Shown here: one piece after another, positions 29,358 through 37,117 of the stretch
Layout of the letters: the number at the start of each line of letters is the position of its first letter
Numbering within the stretch: position 1 is the first letter of the stretch
Assembly (NCBI GenBank): GCA_002471275.1
Contig: DKPQ01000011.1
Location: forward strand, 55,652 to 119,651
DNA length: 64,000 nt
Direction: 5' to 3'
From: Flammeovirgaceae bacterium UBA7330
Lineage (GTDB): Bacteria; Bacteroidota; Bacteroidia; Cytophagales; Cyclobacteriaceae
Program-made: the position numbers and the translations under genes
The notes under the pieces: generated by a model
Database searches by the model: none
Told to the model about the DNA's origin: nothing
Seen by the model: the letters and a program-made list of their open reading frames with translations, nothing else

Positions 29358-30284
29358 TTATGCCTTCAGTACCTGCCTTCTTTTCAAATTGATCATGACG
29401 GCACTGACTATGATGATTAGCATTCCAACGAGTTGAAAGGAGGAAATGGTTTCATTGGCAAAGAGCCACCCGATAAGCACAGCTATGATGGGGTTGACAA
29501 AAGCATAGGTCCCCACAACAGCAGCCGGTTTTTGGGTGAGCAACCAGGTATAAGCTACTAACCCAACGATGGAGCCTGCCAGGGCGAGATAGATAATCGC
29601 TGACCAGGCTCTCATACCAACATTGGAAAAATCCGTATGACTGTATTCACCTAGCACACCACTAAGTAGTAGTGAAATAACTGAGGCAAAAATAAATTGC
29701 CAGCCTAGGTTCATGTACATGGAATCCCTGGGTGGATAGCTCTTGTAAAGGAGTGTGCCAAATACCCAACTGATCGCACCTATCAGCACCAGGCAGGTCG
29801 CAATCAATTCTAGCCTGGAGGTTGACACGCTTTCACCTGAGAGTGTTTCTCCAAATAATGTAAGGATACCGATAAATCCCAGGATCACTCCCAGAATGAT
29901 GTATGGATTTGAGAAATATAACTTCCAGTTACTCTTATCAATGATAACAAACCATAACGGGATGGTAGCCACCAAAACGGATGCATATCCGGTAGCAATA
30001 TACTGTTCGGACCACACGAGTAATCCCTGTCCACCCACCATAATAATCAATGCAAAAAATGCATTCCTGACCATCGAGTGAAACTTGGGCCACTTCTGAC
30101 CGGTCCATAGGCAGTAGGCCACCAAAAGTACACCGGCCATTATAAAGCGTACCGAGGCCATCATGAAGGGAGGGAGTCCATCCAGCCCGATCCTGATTGC
30201 CATGTAGGTAGTGCCCCATATCAGGTAAATGCATAAAAAGGCAATGATGATCAATAGTCGATAGGAGATCTGTCTCTGGGCCAC
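29358..30284 (-). CDS. EamA/DMT family transporter
   Basis: 308 aa with ten hydrophobic segments and duplicated EamA-like halves. Confidence 0.8.
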   Translation of the reverse strand: MAQRQISYRLLIIIAFLCIYLIWGTTYMAIRIGLDGLPPFMMASVRFIMAGVLLVAYCLWTGQKWPKFHSMVRNAFFALIIMVGGQGLLVWSEQYIATGYASVLVATIPLWFVIIDKSNWKLYFSNPYIILGVILGFIGILTLFGETLSGESVSTSRLELIATCLVLIGAISWVFGTLLYKSYPPRDSMYMNLGWQFIFASVISLLLSGVLGEYSHTDFSNVGMRAWSAIIYLALAGSIVGLVAYTWLLTQKPAAVVGTYAFVNPIIAVLIGWLFANETISSFQLVGMLIIIVSAVMINLKRRQVLKA

Positions 30285-30375
30285 TGGTTAGTTAATTTGA
30301 TGGCTAAAGTACTACAAGGGCAATTTGGAAACTAAAAATGAGTTTTAATTGTATCTAATATTAGAGGAGGTTGCC

Positions 30376-30756
30376 ATGAAGAAGGTTGCGTTTTTACTTA
30401 TTTCATTGTTTATTTTAGGATGCGCTCAAAATATTACGCCACCCAGATCGGTGAGTAGTAATATCATTCATGAAACTGACGATGAGCAACATGAAATTGT
30501 CATTCTTGATCCCGAATTTCAGTCATGGTTTGTGACCAACGCCAAACCCATAGGGTTTTACTCTTTACGATTCTATGAATCTCACAATATCAGGTACGTG
30601 ACAGCCTGGAATCAAAAGGCCAGGAATACTTATGGTCCGATTACCAATGAAATAAATTATGACCCAAATGAAGATTACGGGATGGAGGTCAACTATAAGC
30701 TTTACTGGTATTTCAAGTATATAGAGTCCATCTATGGGCGTTACTTTTTCCTCTAA
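30376..30756 (+). CDS. Small lipoprotein, unknown function
   Basis: MKKVAFLLISLFILGC lipobox with a gaggagg purine tract upstream. The ORF-track start at 30349 was trimmed to this ATG. Confidence 0.55.
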   Translation: MKKVAFLLISLFILGCAQNITPPRSVSSNIIHETDDEQHEIVILDPEFQSWFVTNAKPIGFYSLRFYESHNIRYVTAWNQKARNTYGPITNEINYDPNEDYGMEVNYKLYWYFKYIESIYGRYFFL

Positions 30757-30929
30757 CTCACTTTTTTCTTCCCTTTGAGGAAGTAAATAAGTGGGCCAAC
30801 GACAGGAAAAAGGATTACCAGAATCATCCATAATATGCGATGGTTCATGGTCATAGAAGCCCTGATTACATCCAGCATAGCCCATATTGCCAGGGAAACG
30901 GCGACAATTCCAAAAATTAAACCTTCCAT
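30753..30929 (-). CDS. PLD-nuclease-N-terminal-type (PLDc_N) small membrane protein, 58 aa
   Basis: Translated by hand: MEGLIFGIVAVSLAIWAMLDVIRASMTMNHRILWMILVILFPVVGPLIYFLKGKKKVS. It has two TM helices and the W..L.I.FP..G...Y motif of the PLDc_N family. It falls below the 60 aa cut-off of the ORF track. Confidence 0.65.
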   Translation of the reverse strand: MEGLIFGIVAVSLAIWAMLDVIRASMTMNHRILWMILVILFPVVGPLIYFLKGKKKVS

Positions 30930-31098
30930 TTTTTATTTAAATGTACATAATTTGGAAGAGAAGAGGATTGACCGATTTCATATGTAAATATGACTTTTAT
31001 GGAAGATTAATTGTCTGCCATATATTACTTTGGGGTATGTAATTTAAATTATCAGGGATAAACAGTGTCCGACTCACAAATCGGCTCGTTTAATTTAT

Positions 31099-31638
31099 AT
31101 GAAAATGATGTGCCGAATCTTCATAATGTTTGTTGTGGTTTTCTTCTCCGCCTGCTCACCTTTCAAGGTGAAGGTATACTATGACGAACGATTTGAGTTT
31201 GAAGACTTAAAAACCTTTTGCTGGATGAGTGGATGTGAATTCAATATTCAGGGTCCTTCATCTCTGTCAGGAGATACCTCAATTGTTCACTCATTTATGA
31301 AAGAGATCAAATCACACCTGATTGCAAAAGGGTTTGAATACAACGATGAAACCCCTGACTTTCTGATCAATTTACACGTAGTGGCTTTTGAGAAAAAAGT
31401 AGGAGGATACACACCCTATCACATCTATGGCCGTGAAAATGATTTTACACCTTTTTTATCTGAAGATTCCTATCAATACCTGGAAGGGTCGCTCATCATT
31501 GATATTGCCAATTATAAAACCAGTACGGTAGTGTGGCGATCCGATGTGATTGGTTATACGGATTCCGGCAAAGGATTTTCTGAAAAGACCATTAAACATG
31601 TCATATCCAGGGCTCTCCGACAGTTTCCACCTGAATAG
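31099..31638 (+). CDS. DUF4136-like lipoprotein
   Basis: Lipobox VVFFSAC. Pattern of tested-by-eye DUF4136 features: FKTFCW, PDFLINLHV, SLIIDI...VVWRS. Confidence 0.55.
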   Translation: MKMMCRIFIMFVVVFFSACSPFKVKVYYDERFEFEDLKTFCWMSGCEFNIQGPSSLSGDTSIVHSFMKEIKSHLIAKGFEYNDETPDFLINLHVVAFEKKVGGYTPYHIYGRENDFTPFLSEDSYQYLEGSLIIDIANYKTSTVVWRSDVIGYTDSGKGFSEKTIKHVISRALRQFPPE

Positions 31639-31912
31639 TACTTCCTCCAGCATTGCTCGGATCTGTGGGGTATTTATCCCTAAAAAGGTCATTTAGGCCA
31701 TTTTTTAAAGCCTATTACAAAACCACTATTTTTTTGCTCATTTCTGATTCCCGAAATCAAAAAAATCAAAGCGATCAATTGCTTTTTTAGAAGAAATGTA
31801 TTTTTTCGTAATATTCAATAAAAACTTAATATAAATATTAATGTTTAAATGAATTGGTTATAATTTTAAATGAAATTTAATAATAGGGCTAATTTATTAA
31901 AATATTAATTTT

Positions 31913-32440
31913 ATGAAAAGGTTAATTGTCTCACTCATAATTCTGATCAGTGGATGCAGCTCAAGCCGTAACCTGATAGAATCACAATTCAATTATAATG
32001 GACATTTCAAAGAATATCAATCATTTGGCTTTGTCAATCCAAAATCTATGAATGTAAATGGATTGAATGTTTATGATAACAGTGTGATCCAGAGTATCAT
32101 ATACAAGCGATTCATTGCCATGGGGTATTCCTATGACGCAGATACGCCGGATATTTTGATCACCTTTCGATATTTCCCTGAAGGCACAAGTCTGGTAACG
32201 CTACAGCAGAGAAGTCTGAATACATGGATCAATAGTGCCAACAAAGAGGATGACCAGTATTTGCTGAGAAGAGTAATCAATGACAATGGAACACTAAGTG
32301 TTTATTTTATTGACAGAGAGTCCAGCAATATAATCTTCCAGGGTTTTTATAAAGACTACAGAAAGGACAATAATTCTGATTACCAAATAATCTCATCTAT
32401 AAGTCAGCTGTTAGATAAGTATCAGGTAACAACGTATTAA
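31913..32440 (+). CDS. DUF4136-like lipoprotein (paralogue of 31099..31638)
   Basis: Lipobox LISGCSS. Same architecture as its neighbour (YQSFGF, PDILITFRY, TLSVYFIDRES..IIFQG). Confidence 0.5.
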   Translation: MKRLIVSLIILISGCSSSRNLIESQFNYNGHFKEYQSFGFVNPKSMNVNGLNVYDNSVIQSIIYKRFIAMGYSYDADTPDILITFRYFPEGTSLVTLQQRSLNTWINSANKEDDQYLLRRVINDNGTLSVYFIDRESSNIIFQGFYKDYRKDNNSDYQIISSISQLLDKYQVTTY

Positions 32441-32492
32441 CACAAGTTTGAAGATTAAGGTCAAAATGAGGATTGATAGAAAGTAGCTAAAG

Positions 32493-32518
32493 GGGAATGG
32501 TCATATCATTCCCTTTTG
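32493..32518 (+). terminator. Rho-independent terminator
   Basis: GGGAATG-gtcatat-CATTCCC followed by TTTTG. It lies between the convergent genes ending at 32440 and 32523. Confidence 0.5.
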
Positions 32519-32522
32519 CTTC

Positions 32523-32963
32523 TTAGGAGAGCAGTCTTCTATGATAATTGACCTGCCCGAGGTGATAGTTAAGGTGGCCGTACAGATGTAAGATGAAATA
32601 GGAAGTATTCATCGGTTTGCCAAATACCTCAACCGGATAATCCGATTCCAGCTGTTGATTGGTCAATTTGTTCATGGTTTGACTCACTGAATCAATGGTT
32701 TTATCTATCTCATTCAGTATTTGGTTCAGGGGCACATGTTTATCGTTGAATTCGGCGTCCCGATCTCTTTTGAAATCGGTATTTCCAAGTATCGCTCCGA
32801 TGAAATGGTTGATGTTGCCGATCAGATGAAGCGCCAGGTTACCGGCGCAGTTGTTTATTCCGGGAGCTACCTTCCAGATTGCTTCCGTATCTTGATAAGA
32901 TTGAAGTTCCTCCTTGAGTTTTTCCAGGTCTCTTGAGAATAAGGTGATATAGTGTTCAGTCAT
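32523..32963 (-). CDS. DinB family protein
   Basis: Four-helix-bundle His pattern (NLALHLIGN...HLYGHLNYHLGQV). The start ATG overlaps the upstream TGA (ATGA). Confidence 0.75.
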   Translation of the reverse strand: MTEHYITLFSRDLEKLKEELQSYQDTEAIWKVAPGINNCAGNLALHLIGNINHFIGAILGNTDFKRDRDAEFNDKHVPLNQILNEIDKTIDSVSQTMNKLTNQQLESDYPVEVFGKPMNTSYFILHLYGHLNYHLGQVNYHRRLLS

Positions 32964-34099
32964 GACAGTGCATTTTCAAGGTCTTCCAGTAAGTCTTCAA
33001 TGTCCTCAACACCTACCGAAAGCCGGATAAGGGAATCAGAAATTCCGGACTTAATACGTTCTTCCGCAGGAATGCTTGCGTGCGTCATAGTGCTTGGGTG
33101 GCCGGCAAGAGATTCTACCCCTCCCAGAGATTCTGCAAGGCTGAATACCTTAATTCTTTCCAGAAATTTAAATGCCGCTTCTTTCTTATCTTCTTTGAGT
33201 GAGAAGGATACCATACCTCCGAAATCTTTCATTTGTCGGGCAGCTATTTCATGATTTTTATGCTCGGAAAACCCAGGATAGTGCACTTTGGCCACTTTCG
33301 GATGATTTTTCAAGTATTGAGCAACTGCAGCACCGTTTTCACAGTGCCTTTGCATGCGAAGGTGTAATGTCTTGATACCTCTTAGTACAAGGAAACAATC
33401 CATCGGTCCGGGGATGGCTCCCACTGCATTTTGATGATATGCCAATCGTTCGTGTATCTCTGAATTATTTGTGATTACAGCACCCATCACAGCGTCTGAA
33501 TGCCCTGCAATGTATTTTGTCAAAGAGTGTACAACAACATCAGCATTCAGGTCAATCGGATTCTGTAAGTATGGGCTGGCGAAGGTATTGTCTACAACAG
33601 TGAGCGCTTGGTGTCTTTTAGCAATTTCCGTCACTGACTTGATATCAATGATTTGCAACATCGGATTGGTAGGTGTCTCCAGCCAGATCATTTTGGTCTT
33701 GTCACTCACAACCTTTTCCACTTCCTGCAAATCCAACATATTGATGAAGTGAAATTTGATGCCATATTTCGCATAAACGCTTGTGAATAACCGATAAGTG
33801 CCTCCATACAGATCGTTGGTGCATACCACTTCATCTCCAAGTTTTAGGAGTTTCATTACCGTGTCTGTTGCCGCCAGTCCTGAGCCATAACAACGCGCAT
33901 ATTTAGCATTTTCCAGTGCGGCAAGATTGGCTTCTAATGCTGAGCGTGTAGGGTTTTGAGTCCTTGCATATTCGTATCCCTTATGTTTCCCGGGCGAAGA
34001 TTGCACATAGGTGGAAGTTTGGTAAACTGGAGTCATGATGGCTCCTGTGGACGGATCTGGCTCCTGTCCTGCGTGGATGGCTTTTGTACCGAATTTCAT
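32960..34099 (-). CDS. Cys/Met-metabolism PLP enzyme (cystathionine gamma-lyase/gamma-synthase family)
   Basis: HSLTKYIAGHSD PLP-lysine motif and family-typical N-terminus (TKAIHAGQEPDPSTGAIMTPVYQTSTY). Confidence 0.85.
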   Translation of the reverse strand: MKFGTKAIHAGQEPDPSTGAIMTPVYQTSTYVQSSPGKHKGYEYARTQNPTRSALEANLAALENAKYARCYGSGLAATDTVMKLLKLGDEVVCTNDLYGGTYRLFTSVYAKYGIKFHFINMLDLQEVEKVVSDKTKMIWLETPTNPMLQIIDIKSVTEIAKRHQALTVVDNTFASPYLQNPIDLNADVVVHSLTKYIAGHSDAVMGAVITNNSEIHERLAYHQNAVGAIPGPMDCFLVLRGIKTLHLRMQRHCENGAAVAQYLKNHPKVAKVHYPGFSEHKNHEIAARQMKDFGGMVSFSLKEDKKEAAFKFLERIKVFSLAESLGGVESLAGHPSTMTHASIPAEERIKSGISDSLIRLSVGVEDIEDLLEDLENALS

Positions 34100-34112
34100 T
34101 TTCTTGTTTTAA

Positions 34113-34145
34113 GGTGAACAAAGATAGCCGATTGTTTTGTTCACC
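34113..34145 (-). other. Perfect 10 bp-stem hairpin in the 62 nt spacer between two co-oriented genes
   Basis: GGTGAACAAA-13 nt-TTTGTTCACC. It has no clear U-tract and could be a terminator or attenuator. Confidence 0.35.
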
Positions 34146-34161
34146 CGAACAGAATTTAATG

Positions 34162-34557
34162 TTATGAGGAGGTAGCAGGCGACTCAATAAACTGGTGTAA
34201 CCAGTCGAGTGCTGTTTGCTTGTCTGTGAATAGTCGGGTTGGTTTGACAGGCTTGTTTACAGATACGTAAAAGTTTGCGGCCATTTTCAAAACAGCTGAA
34301 TCTACCAGTATTGCGCTTGCAGTAACTAATTCATTGCCTTCGTTGGCAAGATAGTCTCTGGCCTCCTTGGTGGAATGTTTGATTCTGGAAATGTCGAACA
34401 GGCAGGGATAAGAGATTCCATTTGAGTGTTCTATTCGCTTGGCTACAAGGTGCCTGGTGATCTCTAAAGTCAGCTCATGAAGGTCGTAAAAGCTGCATTT
34501 CATGATGCCATTCTCAACAACGATACTTCCATACTGAAAATCTATGGATTCATTCAT
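34162..34557 (-). CDS. SpoIIAA/STAS-like small protein (tentative)
   Basis: 131 aa. By eye it resembles the small STAS-fold proteins often found next to Bacteroidota sensor kinases. There is no decisive motif. Confidence 0.4.
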   Translation of the reverse strand: MNESIDFQYGSIVVENGIMKCSFYDLHELTLEITRHLVAKRIEHSNGISYPCLFDISRIKHSTKEARDYLANEGNELVTASAILVDSAVLKMAANFYVSVNKPVKPTRLFTDKQTALDWLHQFIESPATSS

Positions 34558-34641
34558 TTCATCTAATTATCATTGATACCATCTAACGCCATAGATAATT
34601 TGCATTTGAATCTAAATTCTAAAATAACCAATCAGCAGAAT

Positions 34642-37110
34642 ATGGCAAAAATCAAACATAATAACTTTGTAAAGACGGTGGACGAAGTTATTACCGCAGC
34701 AAAAGATAAAGGAGTCGTCCATTTGTACGCGCAAGGTCATACAACTGACAGAAGATACCTAACGATTAACGAACAAAAAACACTTCACTTCGGAACTTGC
34801 GGATATCTGGGACTAGAGCATCACCCATTTGTAAAGGAGTCTGCTATCAAAGCCATTGAAAACTATGGCACGCAGTTTCCCATGTCTAAAACTTATATTT
34901 CCAACCCACTTTATTCCGAGCTTGAGATGTTGGTGGAAGAAATGTATCAGGCTCCTGTTGTCATTTCCAAAAACTGCACGATTTCACATTTGGCCACCAT
35001 TCCTATTATTGTTTCTGAAGAGGATGCAATCATTCTGGATCATCAGGTCCATGCCAGCATCCAGGAGTCTGTTCAGAAGATGCTTACCAAGGGTGTAACG
35101 GTAGAAATGATCCGTCACAATAACCTTGAGATGCTTGAGGAAAAAGTAAAATCACTGAAAGACAAGCATCAAAAAATATGGTATATGTCTGATGGCGTTT
35201 ATTCCATGTTTGGTGATTTTGCGCCCATCAGAGAATTAATTGCACTTGCTGAAAAATATGAACAGCTTCATCTTTATGTAGATGACGCTCATGGAATGAG
35301 TTGGGCTGGCAAGCACGGAACTGGTTATGTAATGAGCCAAATGCCTGAGGGTCTCTACAGAAAAATGGTGCTTACTGCCACATTGGGAAAAGGATTTGGC
35401 GCTTGTGGAGGCGTTTCTGTATTTCCGAACGAGGAGTGGAGAAGAAAAGTAAAAACATTTGGTGGGCCTAATACCTTTTCTGTACAGCTGGAGCCCCCAA
35501 TCCTGGGCGCAGCAGTGGCTTCCGCCAAAATCCATCTAAGCGACGAGATCAATGATCTTCAGCTTGAGCTCCAAAACAGAATCAGCTACTGCAATACATT
35601 GTTGGAAAGAACATCCCTACCGCTGGTAGCAGAAACAAAAAGCCCTGTGTTCTTCATCGGCACAGGTGTAATGGGGACTACCAATGAATTGGTGAGTAGG
35701 ATGATCAATGAAGGAGTCTATGTAAATCCTGCATTGTTTCCGGCAGTACCGATGAAAAACAACGGCACCAGATTTACGATCTCACTTAACAATACCCTGG
35801 AAGACATTGAAGTACTGGTAGACACCATGGAGCGCAACTTTGAAGCTTCACTGCAGGCAACCAATCAGACACAGGATAAAATCAGGAAAGCTTTCAAAAT
35901 GCCACCATTGGAAGCGCATAAGAACGAACTTGATGAGATATTAGAGAAATCCTCAATTGTTCACAATGCTCATGATTACTCAGCCATCAATCTTCAGGTT
36001 TTTGATTCCATTCAGGAAGTAGATCAGGAACTCTGGAATGGAAAACTCGGACATAGGGGAATGTTTGACTGGAATGGTATGCGCTTTCTGGAGAGGTCAT
36101 TCCGGGGCCATGAAAAACCTGAGGACAACTGGGATTTTAAATATTTTGTTGTCACGGATAAAAAAGGTACTCCGATCCTGGTCACCTTCCTTTCATCTAC
36201 CGTATGGAAAGAGGATGCATTTGCAAGAGCTTCTATCTCAGCACAGATAGAGCTGGTGAGGAAGAAAGACCCATACTATCTCACTTCCAAAGTCCTTATG
36301 ATGGGTAGCTTATTCACTGAAGGAGAGCATTTTTATCTCAACATGGAGCATGAGTTGTGGAAAAATGCCGTATTGATGTTTACTGAACGTCTCTTCAGGG
36401 AACAGGAAAAGTGTGGAGCAACCAACATAGTTTTAAGGGATTTTACTGAAAATACTGAGTTAACCAAGCTATTTCTTGAGCATGGTTTTGTGAAGATGGA
36501 TATGCCGGAGACTTGTATTGTGGAAGATCTGTCCTGGAAGAATGAAGATGAGTTTAGGGGATTGCTGAGCAAACGTAACAAGAAACACTTCAAGCAGGAG
36601 GTGAGAAAGTTTTCGTCGTGTTTTGATGTAGAGATCGTTGATACACTTTCTGATGAAGGTTTGAGACATGCATTCAATCTGTTTCTACAGGTAAAAAATA
36701 AGAATCTGGCATTGAATGGGTTCACCTACCCTTACCGTTTGTTTGAGGAGATGAACAATGATCCGGCATGGGAGTTTGTAGTTCTCAGGCTCAATGAAGC
36801 CACCTCAGATCACAGGTTGCCCGTGGCTGTGGCTTTCTGCCATAAGAATGCTAAGAATACTTATAGTGGGATGTTTTTGGGACTTGACTACCAGTACAAC
36901 TTTGAATACGGAGTTTACAGACAGGCGCTTTATCAATGCATCAAGCGAGCTAAAAGTCTGGGATGTGCAAAAGTAAACCTTGGAGTATCGGCTACTATGG
37001 AAAAGAAAAAGCTCGGAGCCAATACCTACCCGAGGGTAGCATATGTGAATACTCAGGACAACCTGAGCATGGAAATTATGGAACACACTTTGTTAGTAAC
37101 AAAACACTAA
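34642..37110 (+). CDS. Bifunctional alpha-oxoamine synthase (class II aminotransferase fold) / FemAB-BioF2-like GNAT acyltransferase fusion
   Basis: N-terminal half: DHQVHASIQ, YVDDAHG and TATLGKGFGACGG (PLP lysine), as in BioF/SPT/KBL. The C-terminal ~370 aa have no PLP motifs and look GNAT/FemAB-like. Start set at MAKIKHNN (ATG 34642). Confidence 0.75.
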   Translation: MAKIKHNNFVKTVDEVITAAKDKGVVHLYAQGHTTDRRYLTINEQKTLHFGTCGYLGLEHHPFVKESAIKAIENYGTQFPMSKTYISNPLYSELEMLVEEMYQAPVVISKNCTISHLATIPIIVSEEDAIILDHQVHASIQESVQKMLTKGVTVEMIRHNNLEMLEEKVKSLKDKHQKIWYMSDGVYSMFGDFAPIRELIALAEKYEQLHLYVDDAHGMSWAGKHGTGYVMSQMPEGLYRKMVLTATLGKGFGACGGVSVFPNEEWRRKVKTFGGPNTFSVQLEPPILGAAVASAKIHLSDEINDLQLELQNRISYCNTLLERTSLPLVAETKSPVFFIGTGVMGTTNELVSRMINEGVYVNPALFPAVPMKNNGTRFTISLNNTLEDIEVLVDTMERNFEASLQATNQTQDKIRKAFKMPPLEAHKNELDEILEKSSIVHNAHDYSAINLQVFDSIQEVDQELWNGKLGHRGMFDWNGMRFLERSFRGHEKPEDNWDFKYFVVTDKKGTPILVTFLSSTVWKEDAFARASISAQIELVRKKDPYYLTSKVLMMGSLFTEGEHFYLNMEHELWKNAVLMFTERLFREQEKCGATNIVLRDFTENTELTKLFLEHGFVKMDMPETCIVEDLSWKNEDEFRGLLSKRNKKHFKQEVRKFSSCFDVEIVDTLSDEGLRHAFNLFLQVKNKNLALNGFTYPYRLFEEMNNDPAWEFVVLRLNEATSDHRLPVAVAFCHKNAKNTYSGMFLGLDYQYNFEYGVYRQALYQCIKRAKSLGCAKVNLGVSATMEKKKLGANTYPRVAYVNTQDNLSMEIMEHTLLVTKH

Positions 37111-37117
37111 TTTTGCT

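Noticed and set aside
30565-30885. 106 aa minus-strand ORF in the track
   Set aside because: It overlaps the 3' half of the well-formed lipoprotein gene on the opposite strand. It also lies in a different frame from the PLDc_N small gene, which has a recognisable family signature. Its own sequence has no features.
34100-34161. Possible SAM/Met riboswitch upstream of the Cys/Met PLP gene
   Set aside because: Only 62 nt are available, containing one simple hairpin. That is far too short for any known SAM riboswitch class, so it is kept only as a hairpin.
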